A DNA stretch of 64,000 nucleotides from an uncultured Solirubrobacterales bacterium (GCA_963716445.1 OY970313.1:422731-486730); one strand, 5' to 3'. Positions 37,346 through 47,520 are shown, numbered from the stretch's first letter. Made by a program: numbers and translations. The notes: generated by a model not told the origin, from the letters alone.

Positions 37346-40300
37346 TGCGGGCTCCTTTGGTGTCGGTCGGTACGGATGAAGGCTGGTGCGGGGGCGCGGC
37401 GACTGCGGGCGCCGGGCCCGCCGCGAACCGATGCGCCGGCCACTGCGGCGAGCAGGACGAGCGCGAGCAGGTACGGCGGCACGGTCAGGCCGCCCTCCTC
37501 GGACGCGTAGCGCGAGAACGCATGCGACTCCTCGATCGCCGCCTCCTCCTCGCGTTTCTCCTCGACCTGATAGGTCCGCGCCGGCGCGCCGCCTGGCGGC
37601 AGCGGCCGCACGATCGGCGGTGGCGGGGGCGGGGGGATCGCGGGCACGGAGGACGCGGCGCCGGCGGCGAGCGGCACGAACGGGGCGGCGGCGACGGCCT
37701 GCGGCGGCGGCGACGGCGCCAGCGACGGAGAGTTGGGCGCCGGCGGCGTCAGTGGCGGCGGCTCGAAGCTCGGCGGCGGCCCGCCGCCCGCCGGTGCCGG
37801 CCCCGGCGGAGCCGCGGGCGGCGCGGTCGGTGGCGGCGCCGGGCGCTCGAAGCGGTCGGGGCGCAGCGGACGGGTGCCGCATGGGCGCTGGACGCTGCCG
37901 TCGAGGACCGTGACGCGCTCCGAGTACGAGAAGCCTCCGGCGCTGATCGTCACGGTCGTCGTGCCGGCGTTGAAGGGGCACAGCAGCCCCGATGCGCCGG
38001 CGCTGACGACCTTGTCGTCGGGTCCGATCAGCGGCTTGCGCAGATTCGTCGAGTTGGGGTCCTGGGCGACGAAGTCGGCGATGTCGGGGTCGGAGGAGGT
38101 GAAGCGATACTCGGGCGAGATACGCGTCGAGCAGCCGGAGACCGTGCACTGCTCGGGCGGGAAGGCCGTGTAGGGGTCGCCGCCCGACGGATCCGGGTTG
38201 CCAGAGCCGGCGGATGCGCGTCCCCAGCGGTCGCCACCGCGTGGCCGGCGACCGAGGCCGCGAAAGAGCGCAGGCCGCGAGCGGCGGAGCAGCGTGCCGT
38301 CGGTCGCCTCCAGCGACAGGTCCTCGATCACCGGGATCAGCCGCGCAGTCACCGGTGCCCGATTGGTCGCCGGGTCGCGCTGATGGGCGTGCACCTCGAG
38401 CAGCAGCACGCCGCTGTCGCCGAACAGCGAGTCGGGCGAGTCGATCCCGATGACGCTCGCGACGGGCGAGCGGTAGCCGAGCGTGCCGGTGCCGAAGCTG
38501 GGGATCGTCTCCGCGGCGCCGGCGGGCACGCGCGTGAAGCGGTTCTCCTCCGGACGGTCGTAGACGTAGGCCGAGACGCCCTTCTCGACCAGCAGCCGCG
38601 CGACGACGTCGCCGTCGCTTGCGACGTTGAGCTTCGGCGTGAAGTGGCTGTTGAGGTCGCGGTTGCCCATCACGACGACCGGCACGCCGTCGGCCCGCGC
38701 GTCATCGAGGACCGCCGCCAGCCAGGGCAGCTGCGACTCGTCAGGGTTCTGGTGGGCGTCGCTGGCCGCGAGCGAGCCGCGCGAGTTGTCGATCACGACC
38801 ACACGCACCCGGCCGCCGGGGCCGTCGCCGTCGAACGCGTAGTGGGTGCGCGCACCGGCGCCGGGGGCGGCGCCGGGAATGCCGTCGTTCGAGATGCCGG
38901 TGGGTGGCGACGCGCCGCCGAGCGGCGCGGGGAACGCCGAGAACGAGCCCTTGAACGCCGGCGCCCCGAGCGGCGAGGCAGCGTCGCTCGAGCCGAGGGC
39001 GGGGAACACCGGCAACGCCGGCTGCGAGGCGAGCAGCGAGGCGAGGCGCAGCCCGTCGCCGGAGCCGAGGCCCGTGCGGACGCGGTTGCCCGTGTAGAGC
39101 AGCGCGCGCGGCCCGTCGCCGCCGCGCATGCTCGCGACCGTGCGCAGGGCCGCGGCGAGGGTGCGGTCCGGCCCGATCGACTGTGGCGCGAGATCCGTGC
39201 ACGGACCGTCGCACTGAGCGTGTCCGGCGACCGCGAGCCGCGCCGGGCCGGCGGGCATCGGAACCGGCGCGGTGCCGGCGGCGTCCGGGGGCGTGGCGGC
39301 ATCGCCGTAGCGGTAGATCCCAGCCGTCCGCACCCGGCTACGGATCGCCCGCCCGCCGCCGTTGCGTGCCGAGGAGCCGCGGCCGGCGGCGTCAGCCTCG
39401 CCGCTCCAGCCGCCGATCGCCCAGCCGTTGCCGGCTGCGTCGAGCGCGAGCGCCAGCACCGGGTCGCTCTTCAAGGGCCGGTCGGCGCCCGAGCCGGCGA
39501 ACGCGGTCCGCTGCTCGTCGACCCAGCCGGAGTCGGTCTCGCGCAGCAGGTAGCCGTCGCCGGGCAGCTGGAACGGCGGGAGGATCGGTGGCGGGACCGT
39601 CGGGTCCGGCTCGGGCAGGTCGTCGGCCGGCGGATAGGAGAGCTGAGGGACGACGGAGAGGACCGCCCGGATCGGGCGGCCTGGGGCGCTCGACCGGAAC
39701 GCGGCCGCCGCGACAGCGGTGGACCCGGGCAGCGGCTGGCTCGAGAAGCGCCAGGGGGCCGTCGGGCCGTCGCGCTCGATCGCGATGTGGCGCCCGGCCG
39801 CGACGGCGCCCCCGTCGGGGAGGGCGGCGACCGCCACCAGCCGCGGACGGCCCACGCGCACGCTGTCGAGCAGCGCCCGGGCCGAGGCGTCGACGCGCCA
39901 GGCGCCGCCGTCGTTGACGAGCAGGTCGCCGCCCGCCGCGACAATCGCCTGACGTCCGGCGAAGGCGATCGAGGTCAGGTCGGCGCCCGCGAGCTCGGCG
40001 GGGAGGGGCTCGGGCTCCCAGCTCTTGCCGTAGCCGAGCAGCACGCCGCCCTTGCCGACGGCGTAGCCGCGGTCGGGGTTGCCGGGCTCGAAGGCGACGT
40101 CCATCAGGTTGCCCTCGAAGCCGATCGGGACGCCCGGGTCGGCGCTCCAGAGGCCGTCGTCGGCGTTCCATTGCCACATCGCGCCGAGGTCGCCGACGGC
40201 GTGGGCGCGCGACGGCTCCGGCCAGGCGACGCCCCGCAGCGTCGAGCGGTTGACGCTCCCGCTGGAGGAGAGCAGGAACTCGCGCCGCCAGCCGCGACCC

Positions 40301-41802
40301 GGCGCGTAGCGCGCGACGCCGCCGTCGGCGCCGACCGCCAGCGCCGGCGAGCCGAGCGAGCCCGGCGCGGCGCCCGGCGCCGTCGTCACGTCGGCGAGCG
40401 GGGCGCGCAGCGACACCGGCCACGGCCGCAGGCGGCTCGGCGCGGGCACGAACGAGACCTCGACCGGTCCCTCCAGCCACCCCTCGTCGGCGCTGGCGAA
40501 CGCCCCGCTGGGACGGAAGTTGCCGCCACCGCCAGGCATGCGGACGAATGCGCCGTCGGTCAGGCGCAGGTAGGTGCCGCGGTTGCTGTCCTCGGCCCCG
40601 CCCGGATCGAGCGGGTTGGTGACGACGCGGGCGCCGAAGCCGGGGCCGCCCCAGGCAAAGCTGCGGTAGCCGCCCTGGCGCGAGAGCCGGGCGCCGAGCG
40701 CCGCGTCGCAGGCGCTCGCGTCGCACCACTCGCGGGTCACCTGGCCCGACGCCGTGTCGTAGAAGAGCGTGACGTCGAGCTGCGCGGCGCCGATCGTCGC
40801 CGCCAGGTCGATCCAGAGCCCGCCCTCGCGGACCGTCAGCGGCTGCGCGCGGCCGCCGAGCGGCTCGACGTCCGCGATCGCGCCCGCCGGGGCGTCACGG
40901 TCGGCGAACGGCGTGCCGGCGAGCTCGCGCGCCACCCAGGTCGCGCCGCCGGAGGCCAGGGTCCGCTCGAGCAGGACGACGCTGCGGCCGAGGGCTGGAG
41001 CGGCCTCGGCGATCGCCCAGGCGTCGTCGGCGTCGGTGGCGTCGATCGCCAGGATGCGGAAGGCGCTCTCCGAGCCTGCCGGGATCTCGACCGCCTCGCG
41101 CGTCCAGTCCGTGCCGTCGAAGTGGAGGATCGCGTCCGTCACGGGGCGGCCGGTGGCCGCGACGAGGACGCCGGTGCGGTCGCCCTCGTCGAACGCGGCG
41201 ATCGCTACCCGGCCGGCGCCCTGGTCCTCGGCGATCGCCTCGGCGGGACCGTCAGGGCCCGCGGGCAGTAGGACCTCTGGGGAAGGCGGCGCGAGCGCCT
41301 GGAAGGTGTCCGCACCCGGATCACGGTGGAGCAGGACCGCCTGGCTGCCGACCGGCCGAGCCGTGTCGCGCCCGACGAGCACAGCGCCGCCACGCGCGGT
41401 GGTCCGCGCGGAGAGTGGGTTGGGCGCCGGACCGCGGTAGGGATTGCCCTGCTCGTCGAGCGGGGTCTCGTAGACCTGCCAGCCGGTCGCGTCGGTGTGG
41501 CGCAGGAAGGCGAGCTGCGGCTCGGGGCTCAGCGGGTTCGCCGGCGCCCCGAAGGGGAGTTGGCGATCGCCTGCGCGCACCGCCCCGACGCTGAGCGGGA
41601 GCTCGCGAAAGCCCCATGCCTCGCCAGGCTCCCCGCCGGGGGCGGCGCCCATCAGCGTCATGCCGGGATCGGCCGGTCCGAGGAGCGGCAGCGGCCCGAC
41701 CGGCGGGCCCGCCGTCTGGCTGCTGCCGGGCGGCGAGGCGGTCAGCACGAGCGCGAGCGCGGCGACGAGCACGCCGCCGGCCATCGGGGGCTTGCGGCTC
41801 AC
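37342..41802 (-). CDS. Giant secreted protein (1486 aa): Ycf48/BNR-like propeller blades, degenerate metallophosphoesterase-like region, Big_2-like Ig domain, Pro-rich stalk and C-terminal TM anchor
   Basis: GTG 41802 overlaps the upstream stop (GTGA) with GGAGG upstream. Signal peptide MAGGVLVAALALVLTASPP. Blade-like DVAFEPGNPDRGYAVGKGGVLLGYGKSWE, then VVVMGNRDLN, then NAGTTTVTISAGGFSYSERVTVL. Tail PPYLLALVLLAAVAGASV followed by basic residues. The upstream 416 codons of listed ORF 37342..43050 are rejected. Confidence 0.75.
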   Translation of the reverse strand: MSRKPPMAGGVLVAALALVLTASPPGSSQTAGPPVGPLPLLGPADPGMTLMGAAPGGEPGEAWGFRELPLSVGAVRAGDRQLPFGAPANPLSPEPQLAFLRHTDATGWQVYETPLDEQGNPYRGPAPNPLSARTTARGGAVLVGRDTARPVGSQAVLLHRDPGADTFQALAPPSPEVLLPAGPDGPAEAIAEDQGAGRVAIAAFDEGDRTGVLVAATGRPVTDAILHFDGTDWTREAVEIPAGSESAFRILAIDATDADDAWAIAEAAPALGRSVVLLERTLASGGATWVARELAGTPFADRDAPAGAIADVEPLGGRAQPLTVREGGLWIDLAATIGAAQLDVTLFYDTASGQVTREWCDASACDAALGARLSRQGGYRSFAWGGPGFGARVVTNPLDPGGAEDSNRGTYLRLTDGAFVRMPGGGGNFRPSGAFASADEGWLEGPVEVSFVPAPSRLRPWPVSLRAPLADVTTAPGAAPGSLGSPALAVGADGGVARYAPGRGWRREFLLSSSGSVNRSTLRGVAWPEPSRAHAVGDLGAMWQWNADDGLWSADPGVPIGFEGNLMDVAFEPGNPDRGYAVGKGGVLLGYGKSWEPEPLPAELAGADLTSIAFAGRQAIVAAGGDLLVNDGGAWRVDASARALLDSVRVGRPRLVAVAALPDGGAVAAGRHIAIERDGPTAPWRFSSQPLPGSTAVAAAAFRSSAPGRPIRAVLSVVPQLSYPPADDLPEPDPTVPPPILPPFQLPGDGYLLRETDSGWVDEQRTAFAGSGADRPLKSDPVLALALDAAGNGWAIGGWSGEADAAGRGSSARNGGGRAIRSRVRTAGIYRYGDAATPPDAAGTAPVPMPAGPARLAVAGHAQCDGPCTDLAPQSIGPDRTLAAALRTVASMRGGDGPRALLYTGNRVRTGLGSGDGLRLASLLASQPALPVFPALGSSDAASPLGAPAFKGSFSAFPAPLGGASPPTGISNDGIPGAAPGAGARTHYAFDGDGPGGRVRVVVIDNSRGSLAASDAHQNPDESQLPWLAAVLDDARADGVPVVVMGNRDLNSHFTPKLNVASDGDVVARLLVEKGVSAYVYDRPEENRFTRVPAGAAETIPSFGTGTLGYRSPVASVIGIDSPDSLFGDSGVLLLEVHAHQRDPATNRAPVTARLIPVIEDLSLEATDGTLLRRSRPALFRGLGRRPRGGDRWGRASAGSGNPDPSGGDPYTAFPPEQCTVSGCSTRISPEYRFTSSDPDIADFVAQDPNSTNLRKPLIGPDDKVVSAGASGLLCPFNAGTTTVTISAGGFSYSERVTVLDGSVQRPCGTRPLRPDRFERPAPPPTAPPAAPPGPAPAGGGPPPSFEPPPLTPPAPNSPSLAPSPPPQAVAAAPFVPLAAGAASSVPAIPPPPPPPIVRPLPPGGAPARTYQVEEKREEEAAIEESHAFSRYASEEGGLTVPPYLLALVLLAAVAGASVRGGPGARSRRAPAPAFIRTDRHQRSPQ

Positions 41803-43418
41803 CTCGCCTCCGCGACCTTGAAGGCGAGCTTGGTCGGGTAGCGCTCGCGGCTCAAGCGCAGCACGAGCTCGCGGCGGCCGGGACGGAACGTTCGCCGCGG
41901 CGTGCGCGCCACGACGCGGTTGCGGCGCTTGGCCAGCAGTTGCACCCGCGCACGCCGCGTCACGGTGAAGCTGACCGTCAGCCGCAGGCCGTCGAGCCGG
42001 GTACGGACGCGCTTGATCAGCGGCGCCAGCCGTCTCGGCGGCCTGGCCGGCGGCTCGGTGATCGGGTCGGGCTCGAGCGGCGGCGGCGCGAACAGCTGCG
42101 AGTCGTCCACGGGCGGGCGGTCCGGGATGAACTGCTCGGCCGCCTCGTTGGGCCGGAAGTCGATCGTCGTCTGGAACGCCGGATCGGTGTCGCGCGCCGG
42201 CCGCGTGCCATCGGTGTAGTGGAAGAGCCAGCCTGCCCAGGTGACCAGCCAGCAGTCGGTCGCCGACGTGCAGGCGATGCGCGCCGCCGCGCCGCGGCCA
42301 GCGCCGGCGGCTGGCAGTCGCGTGACGCTCGTCGTGCCGTCCGCCTCGATGCGAGCGACGGTTGCCTTCGAGTTGGTGCTGCGGCGCTCCCCGAAGGGCA
42401 CGACGGTCGCGAAGGCGGCGTTCGTGCCGGGGATCGCGGCGACGTCGCCGAAGCGGTCGGTCTCGCCAAGCCCCGTCTCGTCGAGCGCGATCTCCTCGAG
42501 GGCGCCGCCGGCGAGCCGCGCCGCCAGCGGTGGGCGCGGGACCGAGCCGCCCTCGGGCGCGGACGGGCCGGAGGCAGCGCCGCCGCCGACCGCCCAGAGG
42601 CTCGTCCCGTCGCTGTCGGCCGCGAGCAGCTCCGTCCCGTCGGGCGGGACGCCGTCGATCGGGACCGGCTCGAACGGGTCGTTGGCGAACGAGCCATCGG
42701 CGACGGCATGGATCAGACGCGGCGTCGGCTCGGGCTCGGCGAGGTCGACCGGCTCGCCACGCTCCTCCGGGCCGCGCCCGACGAACGTGGTCTCGTAGAC
42801 CGTGCCCGCATGAGCCTCCATGTCGCTGACCCCACGGCCCTGCGGGCCGTAGACGCTCTCGAGATCGGTCCCATCCCAGTGCAGGTGGAAGGCGCCGACG
42901 CGCTCGCCGAGCGGATCCTGGGAGCCGACGCCGCCGAACCAGCAGTCGTTCGGCCCGCTGCAGGTGGCCGAGTGCATCTGGCGGAACGGGTCGGGCGACT
43001 CGACCGCCGTGCTGTAGGAGCCGATGACCTGCCCGTCCTTGAAGCGGCACAGCGCGAGGCCCGAGCCGGCCCGCGGGCGGCTCGGCTCGCTGACCACCCA
43101 GAACTCGGTCGGCCCCGCCCAGGCGATGCGTGCGGTGTCGCCGGGTCCCCCGCAGACCGTGGCGAGCCGGCGCCAGCTCACGCCGTCGTAGCTGTAGAGG
43201 CCACGCGAGATCGTGTCGTTGCCCTCGACGGCCAGCAGCCCACGGTTCGCCGCCCAGAGCTTCAGGTCGCCGGGAGCGCCGAGCGGCACCTTGAACGGGG
43301 CGCCCGGCGGCGGCGGAGGCTGCTCGAGCCGCCAGATCGGGTCGCCGGCCTGGGCCGCCGCGGGCAGCGCCGCGACGGCGAGCGCGACGAGCGTGACGGC
43401 CTGTCGCCTCCTACTCAC
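41799..43418 (-). CDS. Secreted beta-propeller-like protein with a Pro-rich linker and basic C-terminal module
   Basis: Signal peptide [24 protein letters not shown]. Repeated blades of the form 'DCW.V...G.L.HY.DG'. The GTG overlaps the ftsH stop by 8 nt. Confidence 0.75.
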   Translation of the reverse strand: MSRRRQAVTLVALAVAALPAAAQAGDPIWRLEQPPPPPGAPFKVPLGAPGDLKLWAANRGLLAVEGNDTISRGLYSYDGVSWRRLATVCGGPGDTARIAWAGPTEFWVVSEPSRPRAGSGLALCRFKDGQVIGSYSTAVESPDPFRQMHSATCSGPNDCWFGGVGSQDPLGERVGAFHLHWDGTDLESVYGPQGRGVSDMEAHAGTVYETTFVGRGPEERGEPVDLAEPEPTPRLIHAVADGSFANDPFEPVPIDGVPPDGTELLAADSDGTSLWAVGGGAASGPSAPEGGSVPRPPLAARLAGGALEEIALDETGLGETDRFGDVAAIPGTNAAFATVVPFGERRSTNSKATVARIEADGTTSVTRLPAAGAGRGAAARIACTSATDCWLVTWAGWLFHYTDGTRPARDTDPAFQTTIDFRPNEAAEQFIPDRPPVDDSQLFAPPPLEPDPITEPPARPPRRLAPLIKRVRTRLDGLRLTVSFTVTRRARVQLLAKRRNRVVARTPRRTFRPGRRELVLRLSRERYPTKLAFKVAEAR

Positions 43419-45444
43419 TCTCCGCCTGCGTCTCGCGCGCCCGCGGCGCGTCGAGGTCGCCCTCGACGAAGGTGATCGGCGTCGGCTTGACCGTGGAGAG
43501 CACCGCGTCGAGCGCGACGCCCGAGAGCGTCTCCTGCTCGATCAGCGCCTTGGCGGTCTCCCCGACCGCTTCCCAGTTGCGGTCGAGGATCGTCTCCGCG
43601 CGGTCGACGGCCTCGCCGACGATCCGCTCCACCTCGCGGTCGATCAGCTCGAGCGTCGCCGGGCCGACGGAGCCCAGCTCCTGCAGCGACGCGCCGAGGA
43701 ACACCTCGCCGGCCTTCTCGCCGATCGTCACCGGCCCGAGCTCGGGCGACATCCCGTAGGACGTCACCATCTGGCGGGCCAGGCCGGTGGCGGCGTGGAG
43801 GTCGTCGTGGACGCCGGTCGAGACGACGCCGAACTCCAGGCGCTCGCCGGCATAGCCGGCGACGATCGCGATCAGGTGCCGGCGCATGTCCGGCTCCTGC
43901 ATCACGGTCGCGTCGCGATCGGTGAGCATGTGCGCGGCCGTGCCGAGCTGGCGCCCGCGGGCGACGATCGACAGCTTCTGCGCGGCTACCTTCTGGCCGA
44001 TCGAGCGGATCGCGACGGCGTGCGCGGCCTCGTGGATCGCGATCACCGACTTCTCGTGGCGGGTGAGGGGGTGGCTCTTGCGCGCCGGTCCCGCGACGAC
44101 GCGGTCGATCGCCTCCTCGAGCGCCGGCTGGTCCATCTCGCTGCGGCCCTCGCGCACGGTCAGCAGCGCGGCCTCGTTGATGACGTTCGCCAGCTCGGCG
44201 CCGGAGAAGCCTGAGGTGAGCTTGGCGATCTCCTCGAGCGAGGTGTCCGGCGCCAACGGCCGCTTGCCGCAATGCAGGCGCAGGATCTCGATCCGGCCGT
44301 GCACGTCGGGCACGTCGACGGTGACCTGGCGATCGAAGCGGCCCGGGCGCAGCAGCGCCGGGTCGAGGATGTCCGGCCGATTGGTCGCGGCGAGCACGAC
44401 GATGCCGGCGTCGCCCTCGAAGCCGTCCATCTCGACCAGCAGCGCGTTGAGCGTCTGCTCGCGCTCGTCGTTGCCCTGGCCGACGCCCGCGCCACGCTTG
44501 CGCCCAGCCGCGTCGAGCTCGTCGATGAAGATCAACGCCGGAGCCATCTTGCGCGCCTTCGCGAACAGGTCGCGGACGCGCGCCGCCCCGACGCCCACCA
44601 GCGACTCGACGAAGTCCGAGCCCGACAGCGAGAAGAAGGCCGCATCGGCCTCGCCGGCTGTCGCCTTGGCGAGCAGCGTCTTGCCGGTGCCGGGCGGGCC
44701 CACGAGCAGCACGCCCTTCGGCGCGCGCGCTCCCACCGATGCGTACTTCGAAGGGTCGGCGAGGTAGTCGCGGATCTCGCGCAGCTCGGCCACCGCCTCG
44801 CCCGCGCCGGCGACGTTGTCGAAGGTCGTGCGGTCGGGCGAGCTCTCGCCTCGCTTGCGCCCCTTGCCGGTGAACTTCGAGAAACCGGCGAAGGCGCCGG
44901 CGCCACCGTCCTGGCCGAGGCGCGTGAACAGCACGAACAGGCAGACGAGCAGCAGGATCGGCAGCAGGAACTGGACCAGGATCTGCTTGGCCGGCTTGTC
45001 GGCCTGCTGGTCGATCCCCACCGCCGCGCCGCTCGCCGTCAACCCCTTCAGGAGCGCCGAGGTCTGGGCGTCGGACTTCGGGTAGGCGGCGTAGAGCAGC
45101 TGGCCGCCCTTCGTGTCGACCACCACGCGGGCGTCCTGGTCGAGTAGCGTCGCGGCGTCGATGCGCTTGGCGTCGGCGAGCTCGGTGACGTCGCTGAGCG
45201 GCACCCGGTCGCCGTCCGAGCTCGGCTTGATGTCGCCGAGCAGCGCGAAGAAGAGAATCGTCAGCGCGAGCGACGCAACGAGCAGGAAAGTGTTGAGAGG
45301 GTCCTTCGCGAGCCAGCGCAGCACCGCGACGGCGCCCTCCCCGGCACGGCCTGCGACGTCGCCCAGGACACGGGCGACGTCGCGGGACTGCACCGGGGTG
45401 GGGCGCCGCGGAATGCGCCGGTCGCCGTTACCGGCGGCCGCCAC
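43411..45444 (-). CDS. ftsH: ATP-dependent zinc metalloprotease FtsH
   Basis: Two TM segments, Walker [14 protein letters not shown], Walker [13 protein letters not shown], and the HEAAHAV zinc site. Confidence 0.9.
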   Translation of the reverse strand: MAAAGNGDRRIPRRPTPVQSRDVARVLGDVAGRAGEGAVAVLRWLAKDPLNTFLLVASLALTILFFALLGDIKPSSDGDRVPLSDVTELADAKRIDAATLLDQDARVVVDTKGGQLLYAAYPKSDAQTSALLKGLTASGAAVGIDQQADKPAKQILVQFLLPILLLVCLFVLFTRLGQDGGAGAFAGFSKFTGKGRKRGESSPDRTTFDNVAGAGEAVAELREIRDYLADPSKYASVGARAPKGVLLVGPPGTGKTLLAKATAGEADAAFFSLSGSDFVESLVGVGAARVRDLFAKARKMAPALIFIDELDAAGRKRGAGVGQGNDEREQTLNALLVEMDGFEGDAGIVVLAATNRPDILDPALLRPGRFDRQVTVDVPDVHGRIEILRLHCGKRPLAPDTSLEEIAKLTSGFSGAELANVINEAALLTVREGRSEMDQPALEEAIDRVVAGPARKSHPLTRHEKSVIAIHEAAHAVAIRSIGQKVAAQKLSIVARGRQLGTAAHMLTDRDATVMQEPDMRRHLIAIVAGYAGERLEFGVVSTGVHDDLHAATGLARQMVTSYGMSPELGPVTIGEKAGEVFLGASLQELGSVGPATLELIDREVERIVGEAVDRAETILDRNWEAVGETAKALIEQETLSGVALDAVLSTVKPTPITFVEGDLDAPRARETQAESE

Positions 45445-47311
45445 TTCCCTGCTTCTTGAGCTTGAGCGTGACCGTGCGGGTCGAGCTCTTCGGCGTTCCG
45501 CCCGTCGGCGAGAACGTCAGCTTGACCTTGACCTTCAGCTTGCCCTTCTTGCGCAGCAGCCTCTTCGCGGCGGCGCTCGGCTTGAGCCTGAGCTTGAAGG
45601 TGCCGGCCTTGTTCGCCGTCAGGACGACACGGCCGACCTTGATCTTGCGCTTGCCGGACTTCGCCGTGCCGACCAGCTCGAGCTTGCCCGCGCCCGGCAG
45701 CTTGACCGAGAGGGTCGCCGCGCCGGTCCTGGACGAGATCGTCGTGCGCGGCACCGAGAACACGTTGCTCGGCTTGGTCGGCGGCGGGGTGCTACCACCC
45801 GGCGGCGGGGTGCTCCCGCCCGGGGGCGGGGTCGTTCCACCTCCGCCTCCGCCGCCTCCGCCGGCGCCCTTGCTCCAGTCGATCGTGTTGACGCCCGCCT
45901 GAGCGAGCGCCTGGATCGCCTCGGGGAGCGGGGCGTAGTCGTTGCCGAACAGCTGGCCCTGAGTGCTGTCGGACAGCGCGTTCTGCCAGTAGTCCTTGAC
46001 CGTGCGGGCCTTGCCCTCCTCGGCCGGGACGTTGCCCCAGGCGTCGGCGTTGTCGTCGAACAGCAGGCCGTAGGTGAACGTGCAGATGCCGTAGCCCGCC
46101 GGGGAGTTTACGCCGCTGGTCTGCGACCAGTCGCCCAAGGTGCTGGCCGGCACGTTGGTGAACGTGGTGGCCTGGCAGTTGGCGCCCTTCAGCCCGTCGG
46201 TGCGGAAGCCGAACGCGTCGGCGGTCGGCTCGGTGAACGTCCCCGAGCCGTTCGGGATCTGCGTCCAGTAGGTGTCGTTGTCGTCGGCCTCTGGAGTGAT
46301 CGCGAGGCTCGGGCTGGCGTTGCGGGCAGTCGAGATGTCCGAGTAGCCCACCGAGCCGTCGGTGCTGATCAGCTTGCTGACCAGCGCCCCGTTGCCGTTC
46401 GAGCAGCCGCTGGTGAGCTGGTCGGTCGTGTCGGCCTCGCTGCCGGGGCCGTTCGGGGTGCCGGCGCAGTCGGCGCGCGGGCCGAATGTCGCTCCCGGCC
46501 ACTCACGGGTCCGGTTGGTGCCGGTCGCGTAGGTGGTCAGCCAGCCGCGGCCGCCGTTGATCGTGTTGAGGTAGTCCTTGAGGGTGAACGACGTGCCGGA
46601 GTCGTCGAAGCGGACGACGCGGATGATCGGGACGTTGCAATCGACGCCGTCGGCCGCGAGCTCGGGGAAGACCTCGGTCCAGTTGTCCGAGCTCGACTCC
46701 TTCGCCCAGATCGCCTCGAACTGCGCCTTGGTGAACCGCACGCGGATCACGTCGTCCGGCGTGGAGTTGCCGTCCTTGTCCTGCTCGGCCGTCTTCGCGG
46801 CTGTTGGCAGCAGGTTCACGTCGCAGCCATTGGGGAAGTTGACCAGCGGCGCCACCGCACCGACGCCGGCAGGCACCACGTGGACGACCGCGTTGTCGGC
46901 GGCGTTCGCGTCGGACGCTGGATCGCCGGTGGTGCCGGCGTTCATCTGGGCGACCTCGGCCGGGCTCGGGGCCTCGTCGGTCATGCCGAAGCGCGGAGCG
47001 AGCGAGCGGTCCTTCATCGCCGTGCGCCCCGCGCCACTGCCCTGGGCCTCGTAGGTGACCTCGATAGTCCCGAAGCCGGGGGTCCCGATGCAGAAGTGGT
47101 TCTTGAAGTTGAAGTTGAAGAGGGTGTGGGCGTCACGGGCGAAGGACGCGCCGCGGCCCGTGACGTCGGGCCCGGCGCACTTGCCGGTCGTGAAGGCCGC
47201 GTTCGCCTGAGGAGCCAGGCTGAGCGCGGCGAGCACCGCGGCGGCGAGGGCGATCAGCCCTGCTAGCGCGGCGCGAGAGCCCCATCGGGGGGCAAAGCCA
47301 GTGAGGCTCAT
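45428..47311 (-). CDS. PstS-like periplasmic phosphate-binding-fold protein fused to a Gly/Pro linker and basic C-terminal module
   Basis: ATG 47311 follows AAGGAAAGGAA, with a signal peptide. PstS-type motifs GRGASF, QGSGAG, RFDDSGTSFTLKDYL, DGSVGYSDISTA and GYGICTFTYGLLF. Then GGGGGGGGTTPPPGGSTPPPGGSTPPP plus a Lys/Arg-rich beta module. Confidence 0.8.
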   Translation of the reverse strand: MSLTGFAPRWGSRAALAGLIALAAAVLAALSLAPQANAAFTTGKCAGPDVTGRGASFARDAHTLFNFNFKNHFCIGTPGFGTIEVTYEAQGSGAGRTAMKDRSLAPRFGMTDEAPSPAEVAQMNAGTTGDPASDANAADNAVVHVVPAGVGAVAPLVNFPNGCDVNLLPTAAKTAEQDKDGNSTPDDVIRVRFTKAQFEAIWAKESSSDNWTEVFPELAADGVDCNVPIIRVVRFDDSGTSFTLKDYLNTINGGRGWLTTYATGTNRTREWPGATFGPRADCAGTPNGPGSEADTTDQLTSGCSNGNGALVSKLISTDGSVGYSDISTARNASPSLAITPEADDNDTYWTQIPNGSGTFTEPTADAFGFRTDGLKGANCQATTFTNVPASTLGDWSQTSGVNSPAGYGICTFTYGLLFDDNADAWGNVPAEEGKARTVKDYWQNALSDSTQGQLFGNDYAPLPEAIQALAQAGVNTIDWSKGAGGGGGGGGGTTPPPGGSTPPPGGSTPPPTKPSNVFSVPRTTISSRTGAATLSVKLPGAGKLELVGTAKSGKRKIKVGRVVLTANKAGTFKLRLKPSAAAKRLLRKKGKLKVKVKLTFSPTGGTPKSSTRTVTLKLKKQGSGGRR

Positions 47312-47384
47312 TGCGAGTTGTTCCTTTCCTTGACTGAACCGTTCGTCGCGAGAGTCGTCTCTATCCCTCCGGTCCGTCAAGTCA

Positions 47385-47450
47385 CTTCACGGAACTTCTA
47401 CGACGGCTTCACCATCGCTTATCCGACACTTCTCCAGATCGTCTCCAAAT
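47385..47450 (+). promoter_or_regulatory. Six phased boxes CTTCACGGAA CTTCTACGACGG CTTCACCATCG CTTATCCGACA CTTCTCCAGAT CGTCTCCAAAT in the only intergenic gap of the giant operon
   Basis: 10/12/11/11/11/11-nt units, 74-139 nt upstream of ATG 47311. Written on the + strand, so inverted relative to that gene. Confidence 0.5.
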
Positions 47451-47520
47451 GGGAACGGTGCGTTAGCGCCGGCGCCGAGCGCAACTGGTTGGGCCAACGC
47501 CCCGGAAGGGGAGAGGAGGC

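Noticed and set aside
37346-38149. N-terminal extension of listed ORF 36563..38149
   Set aside because: It overlaps the 3' end of the giant gene and has low-complexity Arg/Ala sequence. ATG 37345 with an AAGGAG RBS and a TM anchor is the credible start.
36919-41271. 1450-aa + strand ORF, together with similar long ORFs such as 2774..4519(-), 8685..10424(-), 28960..30441(-), 41616..43475(+) and 45113..47266(+)
   Set aside because: These are Arg/Ala/Gly/Pro-rich translations antisense to, or out of frame with, genes that have clear domains. Such shadow ORFs are the expected artefact of ~70% GC DNA.
41803-43050. N-terminal 416 codons of listed ORF 37342..43050
   Set aside because: This stretch overlaps the well-formed signal-peptide gene 41799..43418 in another frame and is Arg-rich nonsense. 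A GTG with a GGAGG RBS and a signal peptide begins at 41802.
45781-45840. Tandem ~21-nt repeats (GGCGGGGTGCT(A/C)CC(A/G)CCCGGC...)
   Set aside because: They simply encode the PPPGGST x3 linker of the PstS-like protein. This is not an independent DNA element.
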